Shown piece by piece: positions 18,687-28,332 of a stretch of DNA of 64,000 bases. Numbering within the stretch: the stretch's first letter is position 1; each line of letters begins with the position of its first letter. A program made the translations under genes and the position numbers. Source of the DNA: a virus (lineage: Duplodnaviria; Heunggongvirae; Uroviricota; Caudoviricetes). The notes beneath the pieces are model-generated. The model was not told the origin of the DNA and ran no database searches. It saw nothing but the letters and a program-made list of their open reading frames with translations. The stretch spans positions 387,926 through 451,925 of IMG/VR virus record IMGVR_UViG_3300037484_000445. One strand, given 5' to 3'.

Positions 18687-19928
18687 ATGGGACGATCGAC
18701 AATTTTTGATGGGGCTCTTGTTAAGCTTGGTTCTCGAGAAGCCGCTGCGGGGACCAGCGCTGAGGCTTTAGCCAAGGATCTATATGCGGCTGCAGATGTC
18801 TTGTACGATGTTAGGGGATCCGTTCGAGCTGTCACCACGGATGGCCTCAATGATGCCAAGGAAGGTTACGCTTTTCGGTTGGGGCCTATCCCATCGGGAA
18901 GCACCACGACTTTAGGCCTAGTGACGGAACTGAGGAACTTAGCCCAGAAATGGGACTTCACCGTAGGCAAAATTGCCGGTGATATGGAGTGGCTGGGAAA
19001 GACGCTGAACAAGTTCCCAAAGACGGCCGCCGTAAAGACGATTCGGTTCCGAACGAGGCCACTTGGTGAGGGTGTCACAACGGAAGAATTCGTAACCGCC
19101 TTAGGGGAATGCTCCAAGGTTCTCCTAGGTAACATGAAGGAGACCCGAGCCGTTATCAAGACAGTCGCGGCTGAAGTCAAGAATCCTATGGGGCTCTTTC
19201 AGCACAGCGAAGTCATGATCGGTGCCAAGGACTTGCTCGAACGGCAAGGCGTGTGGGAATTGGACACGAAAAACTTTGCTGAAGGTTGCAAAGCTCTAGC
19301 CACCGCTCTCAAGGCCAAGACAGCAAGCAAGCTTGACCTTTACGAAAACGCCCTGACCAAGCTAGCTACGATGGATGACGCCAAGCGCTCACGCTTCGAA
19401 GAGGGTAAGCCTGCCGACCCTACGGAGAACATGAGTCCCGCGGACGCCGCCGAGTGGCAGAAGCAGAACGACAAAAACAAGGACAAGTTCAAGACAGCCG
19501 CGAAAGCCGACGTCGACCTTTTGACCGACATTAAGACAGCTCTCAAGGAAAAAGACGCCGGGTTACTACAGTCAACCTTACGTGGAGTCTCGTCTGTAAA
19601 AGCTGTCCAACACACAATCGAAGCTTTGCTCACAACAGGCTTAAAACTCGAGATAGCAAGGGACTTGTTGGGTGGCAAACTTAGCCTAAAAACATCATCC
19701 TTCGACGCAGCCCTTCTCAAGCTCGGGAAGAGCTACACCTTCGACGGTGCTTGCGAAGCTGTTAAGGGTGCTCTCAAGTCCACTAAAGAAGCGGATGCCT
19801 TGATCGCTGCAGCACAAGAGCAAAAAGACGATAGCCGCTCAGCTCGTGATCTTGCCCGAGAATTCAAACTAGATGATGCTTTGGGTCTCGATGAGGCCAC
19901 CAAGATCATCAAGGCCATCCAAGAATAA
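18687..19928 (+). CDS. Putative internal head polyprotein with repeated [FY][DE].AL.KL[GA] and KTA motifs
   Basis: FDGALVKLG, YENALTKLA, FDAALLKLG; KTA x4; AGGA RBS. Confidence 0.6.
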   Translation: MGRSTIFDGALVKLGSREAAAGTSAEALAKDLYAAADVLYDVRGSVRAVTTDGLNDAKEGYAFRLGPIPSGSTTTLGLVTELRNLAQKWDFTVGKIAGDMEWLGKTLNKFPKTAAVKTIRFRTRPLGEGVTTEEFVTALGECSKVLLGNMKETRAVIKTVAAEVKNPMGLFQHSEVMIGAKDLLERQGVWELDTKNFAEGCKALATALKAKTASKLDLYENALTKLATMDDAKRSRFEEGKPADPTENMSPADAAEWQKQNDKNKDKFKTAAKADVDLLTDIKTALKEKDAGLLQSTLRGVSSVKAVQHTIEALLTTGLKLEIARDLLGGKLSLKTSSFDAALLKLGKSYTFDGACEAVKGALKSTKEADALIAAAQEQKDDSRSARDLAREFKLDDALGLDEATKIIKAIQE

Positions 19929-19944
19929 CTTCTTTGGGGTCATC

Positions 19945-20232
19945 ATGTTGAAGGCTTTACGAGAATTCCAGGCAGCTGTGGCGGCACGTCAGAGGGACGA
20001 TGAACCCTTTGCGACCAAGGATAAGGACATTAGTTCCTACACCAACACAGTCGTAGATGCCGCTATGAAGCTGGATGGTAAGACCCACGACACCAAGGAA
20101 TTCTACAAAGCGGGGGCAGCCCTTGTGAATGCCTTGGCTGAGGTATTTCAGCAATCTAGTGACTCCGCAATTCACGACGATCTCAAGGCTGTGGCGAAGA
20201 AGGTTGCTCAACGAAGCGAGAACTACGGATGA
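19945..20232 (+). CDS. Putative virion-internal protein (LKALREFQAAVAAR)
   Basis: N-terminus resembles that of the next gene. Confidence 0.6.
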   Translation: MLKALREFQAAVAARQRDDEPFATKDKDISSYTNTVVDAAMKLDGKTHDTKEFYKAGAALVNALAEVFQQSSDSAIHDDLKAVAKKVAQRSENYG

Positions 20233-21323
20233 ACACACTAAAAGCTTTCCAAGATGCTGTCATAGTCCGCAACGTGACGGCACGGTTTAAGGCTGCGGCT
20301 ATCGGGTACTCGGATGAGGAGCTCGCGATTCTGGCCATGATTCTAAGCCTCAAACCGGGGTATCGAGCCAAGGAACTCGAGGAGGCCAAGCTCGGACCCT
20401 ACAGCAAAGAGAACCCCCATATCAAGAGTTTGATAGAAAAGGGTCTTCTGAAGGTCAATAGTAGTGGGGCTATATCGGTAGTGAAGACTAAGGCGGACAA
20501 TGTCTTGAAGGAAGAGTACACGCCAGAGAAGTACCGTCACTACATTCCGAATCCAAGCTTTCACTTCAAGCGTAGGGAAGCTTCGAGCTCCGTGAACGGT
20601 CTTCCCCCAAACCAACACTACATTGAGAAATGTGGCACTTGTGGTACGGTCATCAGCCAATGCAAATGCATGGGAAACAAGATGGTCATACTAGGTACGT
20701 GCGAGAACTGTGCTGGTAAGTGCGAAGGGGGTTGCTCGGGAGAGTGTGACGGTAAGTGCTCTGGAGCATGTAAGTCACGTTTAGGTATGCAGCACTCGTC
20801 CCCTGAAGCTCTAAAGAAGTACTTACATGATCACCCTAAGGCAGATCCGAAAAACCACCACGTAGAGGAACAAAAGGGGCCTTCTAAGAGAGCCGACCCT
20901 AGCACAGCCCATTCGGAAGCTAGTAAGTCCGAAGGACGTTCAAAAGAGACTCAGAAAGCCTTCGATGAGATGGGGGATCTCAAAAAGAAAGTTGATAGTG
21001 CAAACCCCACTGCTGCAAAGAAGTTCGATCGAGCATATGATAAGATCTATGATGGTGGCGAGTCTGCAGCTAAGGCCGCAGACAAGCTTGTTCGTCAATA
21101 TAGCTCTATTGAGTCAGATGAGCCACGGGCTGCCGTACGAATGTTAGATCATGCTCTACGGGCTTGGGACTCCAATAAGGCTGACCATCAAGGATCCAAG
21201 GACGAATACACCTACAAAAAACTACAACAAGCTGAGCAGACGCACGCTTATGCTCAAGAGCTTGAAAGAGCCCTACAAGATGTCAGCAAAGCACTTAGAG
21301 GTGATTACGACGAAAGGGCTTAA
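20229..21323 (+). CDS. Putative multi-module virion protein (wHTH-like, Cys-rich and helical modules)
   Basis: RNVTARFKAA tag; modules separated by RREA and SRLG. Confidence 0.6.
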   Translation: MNTLKAFQDAVIVRNVTARFKAAAIGYSDEELAILAMILSLKPGYRAKELEEAKLGPYSKENPHIKSLIEKGLLKVNSSGAISVVKTKADNVLKEEYTPEKYRHYIPNPSFHFKRREASSSVNGLPPNQHYIEKCGTCGTVISQCKCMGNKMVILGTCENCAGKCEGGCSGECDGKCSGACKSRLGMQHSSPEALKKYLHDHPKADPKNHHVEEQKGPSKRADPSTAHSEASKSEGRSKETQKAFDEMGDLKKKVDSANPTAAKKFDRAYDKIYDGGESAAKAADKLVRQYSSIESDEPRAAVRMLDHALRAWDSNKADHQGSKDEYTYKKLQQAEQTHAYAQELERALQDVSKALRGDYDERA

Positions 21324-21352
21324 GCTGACGCTATTAATGGCGTATTGTAGTT

Positions 21353-21589
21353 ATGTGTGATCATCCTAGCACAACAGTCCCTGGTCAACTGCTTAGAATC
21401 ATTGATAAAGATCAACAGATTCTGTTCGAGGCCAAAGTCCAAGTCTGTCTGGGTTGTGGACATACAACGGGTACCGCAAACAACGGATCGATGTTTCATC
21501 CAATTGAATTCGGGTTCGAGGGTACCACCTACGAACTGGCTATAACTCAAGCCCGAGAAAAATATCAGGCTTTGGCTTCTGTATCATGA
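21353..21589 (+). CDS. Small zinc-binding hypothetical protein
   Basis: Class A motif 21319-21344; CxH...CxxC. Confidence 0.7.
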   Translation: MCDHPSTTVPGQLLRIIDKDQQILFEAKVQVCLGCGHTTGTANNGSMFHPIEFGFEGTTYELAITQAREKYQALASVS

Positions 21590-22272
21590 CACGAGATCCC
21601 TTAGTTGCAGCGGTTGTTCGACGTTACAAGCAGGCTAACGCAAGCAAGTGGTTAGCAGAAGTCGATCAACTCGGTATTGATGACGTTGAGGGCAACTATC
21701 GCCACGACGCCAAGCTAGCACGAGGGTACATAGCCAAGTGTAAGTACTTGGACCCCATCTTTAGGGCTCTTGCCGGTCCTATGATGACCCCGGTGATCGG
21801 AGAGTTTGCCGATCGCATGGCTCAGCGGGTTCAGGACGTCGAGAAACTGATGACCTTGGTTCAGGCCGGTGTCAAGCTGACCAAGAAGGTCCAGAAAGAG
21901 TTTGACGACTTCATCGACGAGGTAGCCGAAGGTCGAAACACGAGGTCGTCAGGGCTCATAGAAGCCGTCCACGACCTTCCCAGCATGGTTGAGCTATTCA
22001 AGATAGCCAAGGAAGCCGGAGACCTTCAGGACAGATTGTACGATGAAGACGAGAGTGGCCACATCGATTGGACCTTGGAAGACTATTTGGGTGGCGAAGC
22101 CAAGGTGTACGACAAGATCGAGAAAGCCTCTTCGGGCATGAGCTCTTGGTTCCAGGACGAATTTGGGGGCGCCAGGATCCTGTACGGTTTCGTCAAGTAC
22201 TTGGCCGATTCCAGCTACATCCAGGATCTTGTGCAGGAAGCCCGAGACAATCTTGAGACCGAGCCCGAGTAG
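21586..22272 (+). CDS. Putative virion-internal protein (AAVVRRYKQA tag), acidic helical
   Basis: N-terminal tag similarity. Confidence 0.6.
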   Translation: MTRDPLVAAVVRRYKQANASKWLAEVDQLGIDDVEGNYRHDAKLARGYIAKCKYLDPIFRALAGPMMTPVIGEFADRMAQRVQDVEKLMTLVQAGVKLTKKVQKEFDDFIDEVAEGRNTRSSGLIEAVHDLPSMVELFKIAKEAGDLQDRLYDEDESGHIDWTLEDYLGGEAKVYDKIEKASSGMSSWFQDEFGGARILYGFVKYLADSSYIQDLVQEARDNLETEPE

Positions 22273-22292
22273 CTTTCGGTGTACATACCGGA

Positions 22293-22493
22293 ATGCCTAA
22301 GGGTTATCGGATCATCGAACCCAAGTTCAACTTGTACTACGCGGGCCCCTCAGGGATTGGGCCCCGGTTTGGGGCCACACGTAAGAATGCCCACGTGTTC
22401 AAGACGTACAACGAAGCCTACGGGGCTACAGCTCACTACGCCTTCGTTGGATGCAAGATTGAAGACCCTGAGGGAAAGGTTGTGGCTGAGTAA
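22293..22493 (+). CDS. Hypothetical protein
   Basis: Class B motif 22278-22283. Confidence 0.7.
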   Translation: MPKGYRIIEPKFNLYYAGPSGIGPRFGATRKNAHVFKTYNEAYGATAHYAFVGCKIEDPEGKVVAE

Positions 22494-22855
22494 TGACCGA
22501 TCCTACCATGACCCTGTACCGCCCTGTGGGGCCAAAAGAGCTTGAGCTCATCAGGGCTTTTAAGTTCAAGGGGTTCCCCCCACGTCTACCGGAGCAACCC
22601 ATCTTCTACCCCGTTTTGCAGGAAGCCTATGCCCGCAAGATCGCTAGGGATTGGAATGTCCCCGAGAGTGGATCTGGGTATGTCACCCGGTTTCAAGTCA
22701 AGCTGGAATACCTGAACCAGTTCGAACAACATGCAGTCGGCGGAAACGACCATGTGGAGTACTGGATCCTGGCAGAAAAACTAGACGAGTTCAACAGCAA
22801 TATCGTGGGGTTGATTGAGGTAGTCGCCGAGTACCCTTATGCCAATGGAGCCTAA
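22493..22855 (+). CDS. Family commonly annotated ADP-ribosylation/crystallin J1 protein (ART-like)
   Basis: TLYRPVGPKELELI, FPPRLPEQPIFYPV, IARDWNV, GYVTRF, HVEYWI. Confidence 0.85.
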   Translation: MTDPTMTLYRPVGPKELELIRAFKFKGFPPRLPEQPIFYPVLQEAYARKIARDWNVPESGSGYVTRFQVKLEYLNQFEQHAVGGNDHVEYWILAEKLDEFNSNIVGLIEVVAEYPYANGA

Positions 22856-22896
22856 GGCCGTATAACTTGGGTATGCCCTAAGCATGTTCAAGTTCT

Positions 22897-23274
22897 ATGG
22901 ATCCGTCGAGCATCTCTCTTGTCATCAATGTCGACATTGACAGTCCCGTCGATGTGACGCCTCAAGTACCTAGCCTAGTTGAGATCTCTGTTGCGGATGC
23001 CATTCAGGCCCTAAACACAGGAAAGACGGTTGAGATCTTCCCTGACGGAAGCGCCAGCTACAAGCTAGAGCAAGGGAAAATATACGTTTCTCTGGACGAG
23101 GAGACGTGGCTACTCTCAGCAATCACGTTCCAAGACTTCAACCGGTATCGTTGGGGTCAGAGATCGAGACCACTTCTAACAGCTTCGGAGTTACCGGGAG
23201 TCGTTCAGAAAGCCCTCAGCCAGATCGCCAAGGTTCAAAGTAGTGACAAGATCCTAGTCATGTACTTGGGCTAG
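22897..23274 (+). CDS. Hypothetical protein
   Basis: 125 aa ORF; DAIQALNTGKTV segment weakly DUF2829-like. Confidence 0.65.
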   Translation: MDPSSISLVINVDIDSPVDVTPQVPSLVEISVADAIQALNTGKTVEIFPDGSASYKLEQGKIYVSLDEETWLLSAITFQDFNRYRWGQRSRPLLTASELPGVVQKALSQIAKVQSSDKILVMYLG

Positions 23275-23600
23275 TTAGCACTGGTGTTCATCACGGCGTA
23301 GGCGTACATACCGTGAGGCTCGATGATGAATAGCCAAAAGCCTGGCGCTTGAAGATCCTTACCGTGTGTTGGATGCTTCTTGATGTTTTCTAGGATGTCC
23401 GCCGGACACTTCGGATCCGCCACCAAGTCCAAGCGTTTACGAGCATAGGCGGGCTTATCTGGGTGCCCTTCAAACAGGATGACTACAAGGTCAGCGTCAC
23501 CCAGTTGTACCTTGGCTGTGTTGTAGATACGCCGAGCCTTATTCTCGTGTGTTGCGAAGACACTAGGGCCCTCAGGGGGTTCGATCGTTACGGTTGACAT
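23271..23600 (-). CDS. Paralog family member 2
   Basis: ARRIYNTAKVQLGDADLVV...CP...HP...GFW. Confidence 0.8.
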   Translation of the reverse strand: MSTVTIEPPEGPSVFATHENKARRIYNTAKVQLGDADLVVILFEGHPDKPAYARKRLDLVADPKCPADILENIKKHPTHGKDLQAPGFWLFIIEPHGMYAYAVMNTSAN

Positions 23601-23601
23601 A

Positions 23602-23949
23602 TCAATTAGCACCTGATGTTAAAGCGCCTACGACAGTGAAAATATAGGAGAAGTCATCCCGGACTACGCAAAGCCAGAAGCCAAGACTTGTATTTACCTT
23701 GAGTCCTTGAGCTGGGTGATTCTGGATGCTTTCTCGGATCTCTGGAGGGCACGTTGGTTGGGCGAGGAGGTTCAAGCGACGATCGGCTACTACGCCTTGC
23801 TCTTCATGGCAATCAAAAATGACCACCACTAGGTCGTTCTCTCGGAGAGACGCACGGGCCGTTTCGTAGACATCTACGGCTCTTTCCTTATATTGTTCAA
23901 GCACGTCCGAATGATTCGGATCAGGCGTGAAGAACTTCAATTCGGTCAT
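23602..23949 (-). CDS. Paralog family member 3
   Basis: Class B motif 23962-23967; AVDVYETARASLRENDLVV...CP...HP...GFW. Confidence 0.8.
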   Translation of the reverse strand: MTELKFFTPDPNHSDVLEQYKERAVDVYETARASLRENDLVVVIFDCHEEQGVVADRRLNLLAQPTCPPEIRESIQNHPAQGLKVNTSLGFWLCVVRDDFSYIFTVVGALTSGAN

Positions 23950-24007
23950 GGGGTTGGTATATACACCGAATGCCGGCCGAGGTCCATTCTTGGTGTATAG
24001 GTCAGAC

Positions 24008-24217
24008 ATGAACGTAGGTTATCTCAGAAAGTTGATCGCCGATATGCCGGACGATGCCCTAGTCCTTGTGGAAGGGCGTCACGGCAGCACCCTCGAAGCA
24101 AGAGCCCACAAGGGTTTGGCGACAGAGCCAAACAGTCAGGGTTTCACGAGCTTCTGTGAAGATGCTCCCAATGAGTCCTACATACACAAGGCTATTTATT
24201 TCTATCGCCCGATGTGA
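24008..24217 (+). CDS. Small phage protein (MNVGYLRKLIADMPDDALVLV)
   Basis: Class B motif 23992-23997; common phage N-terminal pattern. Confidence 0.75.
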   Translation: MNVGYLRKLIADMPDDALVLVEGRHGSTLEARAHKGLATEPNSQGFTSFCEDAPNESYIHKAIYFYRPM

Positions 24218-24220
24218 ACT

Positions 24221-24562
24221 ATGGACACATTTCTCCTTGGCCTTGGTGTTTTTCTATCAGCCATCGTGGTTGCCTGGTCCTTCCGGTTGGAGCGAAAATT
24301 CCGGAAAGTGTTAGACATTTTACAGCAACCTGAACCCCGTACGCACAACCTTACGTACCTTGAGATGGTACGGCTTCTCGGAACTGCGGACTACTTCATT
24401 GCCAAGCGTGATAGCTGGCCTGAAGGAACTTACCTGAAGTACACGGGGGACACCCTGTTGAGGAAATACAAGGGAAGCGTATTCGAAGGGTACTTCGGAT
24501 GCCCTGAAGACGTCGAAGCTCGGGACTGGCTTGTCTTCCAAGGTAGTCCTCTCAGGCCTTAA
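24221..24562 (+). CDS. DUF2829/Tad2-like protein with N-terminal TM anchor
   Basis: LTYLEMV...KRDSW...YL...EDVEARDW matches the DUF2829 pattern R..W...D..A.DW. Confidence 0.6.
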   Translation: MDTFLLGLGVFLSAIVVAWSFRLERKFRKVLDILQQPEPRTHNLTYLEMVRLLGTADYFIAKRDSWPEGTYLKYTGDTLLRKYKGSVFEGYFGCPEDVEARDWLVFQGSPLRP

Positions 24563-24599
24563 TTGCTGAAACATCTGACCGTATAGGCTTAGGAGAGCC

Positions 24600-24944
24600 A
24601 TGCCCGAATCAACGATACCCGTCGGAAATCCCAAGGTTTCTTTCGAGAAGCTCCCTTGCGGGATGTTGGTGAATACATCAACCGATCCTCCCCGCTACCA
24701 CCCGATCATTTTCCGGTATAGCCCGCCTCCGAGCGGTGATTTGGATAGTGGGGCTCGACGCTATAAGTCCTCCGGGCACCACACCGCAGGCTTTGACACG
24801 TTGGAAGAAGCCATGGCTTCCATTCAGGCTCAACCGAGCTGGCAGTGGACAGGTCTTGCCTGGGAGTGGAACGGTGAGGGCGTACCCGCTATGGTTGAGT
24901 GGTTCTTGAAAATGGACCCCTCTACGGAGACCCAAACATCATGA
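24600..24944 (+). CDS. Hypothetical protein
   Basis: Class A motif 24558-24583 plus AGGAG RBS; RYKS.GHHTAGFDTLEEA. Confidence 0.8.
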   Translation: MPESTIPVGNPKVSFEKLPCGMLVNTSTDPPRYHPIIFRYSPPPSGDLDSGARRYKSSGHHTAGFDTLEEAMASIQAQPSWQWTGLAWEWNGEGVPAMVEWFLKMDPSTETQTS

Positions 24945-25456
24945 TCGCAATTTACGCCGGCAGCCTAGACCCCATCACCTACGGGCATTTTGATGTCATC
25001 CTTCGGGCGGCAAAGATTTTCGATGAGGTTGTCGTTGGTATAGGCACCAACGGCTCGAAAAACTCTCTGTTCATCCCGGGGGAACGCCAAGAGCTGGCCC
25101 GAGCCGTCTGTTCAGAGATCGGGAACGTGCGTGTTGAGATCTTCAAGGATCTCTTGGTGACGTTTTGCAAGCGTGAAGGCGCTGACATCATCGTCCGGGG
25201 GTTTAGAGCGGTCTCAGACTTCGAGTACGAGCTCGGGGTGGCCCACGTCAATGGTCAACTCGATCCGAATATAGAGACCGTTTTCTTGCCGACTAAGCCT
25301 AAGTATTCCTTCATCTCGTCCTCAACCGTCAAGGATATTGCTAGCCATGGGGGTCCCTTGGACTATTATGTCCACCCAATCGTGGCCACAGCCCTTAGAA
25401 AGAAGTTCGGATGTACGAGTTCCTACCCAACAGCAGTCCCGAAAACCGACGGCTGA
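24941..25456 (+). CDS. coaD: Phosphopantetheine adenylyltransferase
   Basis: AIYAGSLDPITYGH, IVRGFRAVSDFEYE, ETVFL, ISSS.VK. Confidence 0.96.
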   Translation: MIAIYAGSLDPITYGHFDVILRAAKIFDEVVVGIGTNGSKNSLFIPGERQELARAVCSEIGNVRVEIFKDLLVTFCKREGADIIVRGFRAVSDFEYELGVAHVNGQLDPNIETVFLPTKPKYSFISSSTVKDIASHGGPLDYYVHPIVATALRKKFGCTSSYPTAVPKTDG

Positions 25457-25881
25457 ACAACATCCTGAATGCTCGGGTGCTGGAGGTGTACCACCGGAAG
25501 TTTCAGTGGCGCCTCTACCTTGTCCTTTACTTGGTCAAGGCTGTGGTAATCTTTTCAACCCTAGCGGCCTTGCTCCCATTGACGGGGAACGCACCTCAGG
25601 GTGTTGGTTGGGTTCTTTGCATCCCCTGTCTCTGTTTGATCTTCGATGTGAACGGTCGCATCTACGCTGAATACCAACGGCACGCACAGTTCTCTCATGT
25701 ATATGAGGACTTCGTTGGGGCTTTCGGTGAAGTAACCATGGATACTGTGTTGGTGTACGAACGAAACTATTCTCAAACACGGTACTTGGATGGTGCGTTA
25801 GACGAACAAGTATTTGAGGTGAGCAAAAGCAAAGTTCTCAAACAGTTGGACGTCTACCGAGGGAGGCTACACACAGTATGA
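25411..25881 (+). CDS. Two-TM membrane protein, SLATT-like architecture
   Basis: Two central TM helices with helical C-terminal tail. Confidence 0.55.
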   Translation: MYEFLPNSSPENRRLNNILNARVLEVYHRKFQWRLYLVLYLVKAVVIFSTLAALLPLTGNAPQGVGWVLCIPCLCLIFDVNGRIYAEYQRHAQFSHVYEDFVGAFGEVTMDTVLVYERNYSQTRYLDGALDEQVFEVSKSKVLKQLDVYRGRLHTV

Positions 25882-26001
25882 GGCCTCGAACCAAATAAGC
25901 CGAAATGCGGACGACTACCCACTCTATTATTTTCTGAGAGATTTCGGTGGGCTGTTGGTTTTTCTGGTGTAGGTCACCTGAGTAGCCTATAGGTGACATC
26001 T

Positions 26002-26361
26002 ATGAAACTAATGGGCGTTGAACTCAAGAAGAGCAATCTCTTGGGTGAAGGTGTCCTCTGGGAAGGCCATTGTGGTGACTGGACCTTTCAGGTCCGCAAA
26101 GTCAGATCTGGGGGACGTCATTATCTACAAGCCCGCGTCAGCCAAAGGTTCACTTGGTTGGATCCGGGTCCGAGGTTGCACCCAACCTTGTCGGCTTCGG
26201 AGCCTACCCTTTGGTTCCAAACCTGGGACCTCATGCAGATGGATCCCCCCGACGACTCATTGCAGGTCACGCTCGACAACTGGTTTGAGAACGAGCTACG
26301 GACCCTCGAAGAAAAGCGTTCGGAGCGTGAGGGGGCTGTGGCTAAGTTCCTCTGCCGCTAG
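26002..26361 (+). CDS. Hypothetical protein
   Basis: Class B motif 25966-25971, AGGTG RBS. Confidence 0.7.
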   Translation: MKLMGVELKKSNLLGEGVLWEGHCGDWTFQVRKVRSGGRHYLQARVSQRFTWLDPGPRLHPTLSASEPTLWFQTWDLMQMDPPDDSLQVTLDNWFENELRTLEEKRSEREGAVAKFLCR

Positions 26362-26912
26362 ATCTGTTGGGCCCAATCATCTACTTGGCGGTAGGTGTCC
26401 TCCCAAAGTTGAATGGTTTGCCCGGGGAAGCGAAGCTCGACCACTAGTTGCTCCCTCAGGTCACGATAGCCGATTTCCCGGTCCAGGAAGCTCACCAGGA
26501 CGTTATCGGGGAGCGTGAGCTGGAAGGGTCGCTTCTTGCTTCGAAGCTTGTCTATGCGGGGCAGGAAGCCTGCGGGAACTACGGGTCCTTTGGACGTAAC
26601 CGAACAGAGGGCCACGAAGTTGACGGACTTGTCACGACCGAAGTGGGCGGTGTAGACTTGTCCCGTCTGGCGATCGATGGCCAAGTTGTAGCCGTGCTTG
26701 TAGGTGCCGGGACCCTCGAAGATTCGATCGGTCAAGGTCTTGGTCAGCAGGGTGTTCCCTTGATCCTCGAGAACGAGCCAAGTCCTAGGGACTTTGCCTT
26801 TCGTCGCGAGGTCGAAAGAGAACAGGTCTCCCTCTGGGGGAGTTCTCGACTTACATCGATAAGTCCTGTTGTCCGTGAGGATCTCGTGGATAGTTTGGCC
26901 GTGAAACTTCAT
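26358..26912 (-). CDS. Hypothetical protein
   Basis: Class A motif 26921-26946 fixes the start at ATG 26912. Confidence 0.75.
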   Translation of the reverse strand: MKFHGQTIHEILTDNRTYRCKSRTPPEGDLFSFDLATKGKVPRTWLVLEDQGNTLLTKTLTDRIFEGPGTYKHGYNLAIDRQTGQVYTAHFGRDKSVNFVALCSVTSKGPVVPAGFLPRIDKLRSKKRPFQLTLPDNVLVSFLDREIGYRDLREQLVVELRFPGQTIQLWEDTYRQVDDWAQQI

Positions 26913-26950
26913 ACCCCCATTACGGACCACGCATCTGAAGGTTAAGCCCC

Positions 26951-27322
26951 ATGCTTGAAGTCTGGACAGCACGGATAAGTACTCGAGATCCTGATGCTTT
27001 TAACGTCACCCGCAAAAGCGGTCACAAGGAGTTCGCCCCTTCTTGGGAGACCCTTCAAGCGATGTTGGAGATCCGCCGATCCGGACGAGTGGCCACGGAT
27101 GATGAGTGGCGGGGGTACGTCGAAGAATACCTCAAGGCGATGGGGAGATCCCACCGGTTTCACAGAGCCGCCTGGGACGCCCTACTTGCCCGTCAGAGGG
27201 TGGTTTTGGTCTGCTACTGTGTTGACGCTAAGCGTTGCCACCGAAGCATTCTAGCCCGCGTTTTGGAGTCCCTAGGGGCTACCAATTGTGGAGAATTGCC
27301 AACTGTGTCTAAAAATACTTGA
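26951..27322 (+). CDS. DUF488-like protein
   Basis: FAPSW, W..Y...Y, VVLVCYC...CHR. Confidence 0.75.
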   Translation: MLEVWTARISTRDPDAFNVTRKSGHKEFAPSWETLQAMLEIRRSGRVATDDEWRGYVEEYLKAMGRSHRFHRAAWDALLARQRVVLVCYCVDAKRCHRSILARVLESLGATNCGELPTVSKNT

Positions 27323-27428
27323 ACCTGTGAAACCTCTGGTGTACCTTGTGTGCAGCTCTTGGGATAGTCCAGAGCTGGCCCGCATAGAAAATCCGGGCAA
27401 ATCAAAACAAGATCAGAGGATAGAGACC

Positions 27429-28325
27429 ATGTTCTCATTTGACACAGTGTCCAAGGATTTGGATGCAACGATCTACGCTGCACACGTTCGTGGGATTTTG
27501 CTGTACCACATAACGGTGTTGCAAAAAGCTGTAAGCTACGGCAAATTGGCTAAAGCCACAGGGGATATGCCGAGCGGAGGCCAGCTCGCACAGGCCTTGG
27601 CTCGCATAGCCGAACACGATCACTTCGCGGGAAAACCCCTCTCCACAGCCATAGTCGTGCGAGAGGACACAGGGATCCCAGGATCTGGCTTCTTCAACCA
27701 GTGCCGTAAGTTGGGTTATGACATCCTCGACGATCCAGCGGCGGAGGTATTGTTCTGGCGTAGTGCCATGACCAAGCTTGGGATCGAAGACGCCTTCGAT
27801 GCGGATCCCCTCAGTGCTTTACTGCATAGGCCCATTTCTGGAAGAGAGGAAATTTCAGTTCTGTCGAGCATGTGGCGTACACCTGAGACAGAAGGAGTTC
27901 CTGAAAAGCCGACGTCTGAAGTCAAACCTGTGAAGGACCCCCAACTATTTATCAGCAATATGGCTGACATACAGGCCAGGGATATACGGGAAGCCAGAAG
28001 TCCTGACGCCCGTATCTGCTCAGAGATTAAGGCACAAGACCCTAATTCGGTAGCAACGCAGAAGGAGCATATCTACGTACCAGCTTGGCAGCTCGAAAAG
28101 GGTGATATAGTACACTTGCCGGATCACGTGTCCCCTTTCGTGGTTGAGTCTGTAACGCAGCCACTACTTAGGGGAGACCCCAGACGAGTAGTTCGTTGGA
28201 GCTCCATGGGTCGTAATTTTGAGACAGAGTGTGGAAGTCACCTCAAGATTAACATGCCCGAACGTCTCAAGAAAGCTACTGGGAAACCGCGGCGACGTGT
28301 GGTTTCGACCCGCTTAGTGCCCTAA
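27429..28325 (+). CDS. Winged-helix-domain protein
   Basis: VSYGKLA...LARI...GKPLSTAIVV...TGIPGSGFF; GAGGA RBS. Confidence 0.7.
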   Translation: MFSFDTVSKDLDATIYAAHVRGILLYHITVLQKAVSYGKLAKATGDMPSGGQLAQALARIAEHDHFAGKPLSTAIVVREDTGIPGSGFFNQCRKLGYDILDDPAAEVLFWRSAMTKLGIEDAFDADPLSALLHRPISGREEISVLSSMWRTPETEGVPEKPTSEVKPVKDPQLFISNMADIQARDIREARSPDARICSEIKAQDPNSVATQKEHIYVPAWQLEKGDIVHLPDHVSPFVVESVTQPLLRGDPRRVVRWSSMGRNFETECGSHLKINMPERLKKATGKPRRRVVSTRLVP

Positions 28326-28332
28326 GTAGACC

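Noticed and set aside
22873-22896. ATG CCC TAA in frame with the 22897 ORF (possible nonsense mutation or uORF)
   Set aside because: Only 8 codons and an imperfect promoter match; cannot be distinguished from chance.
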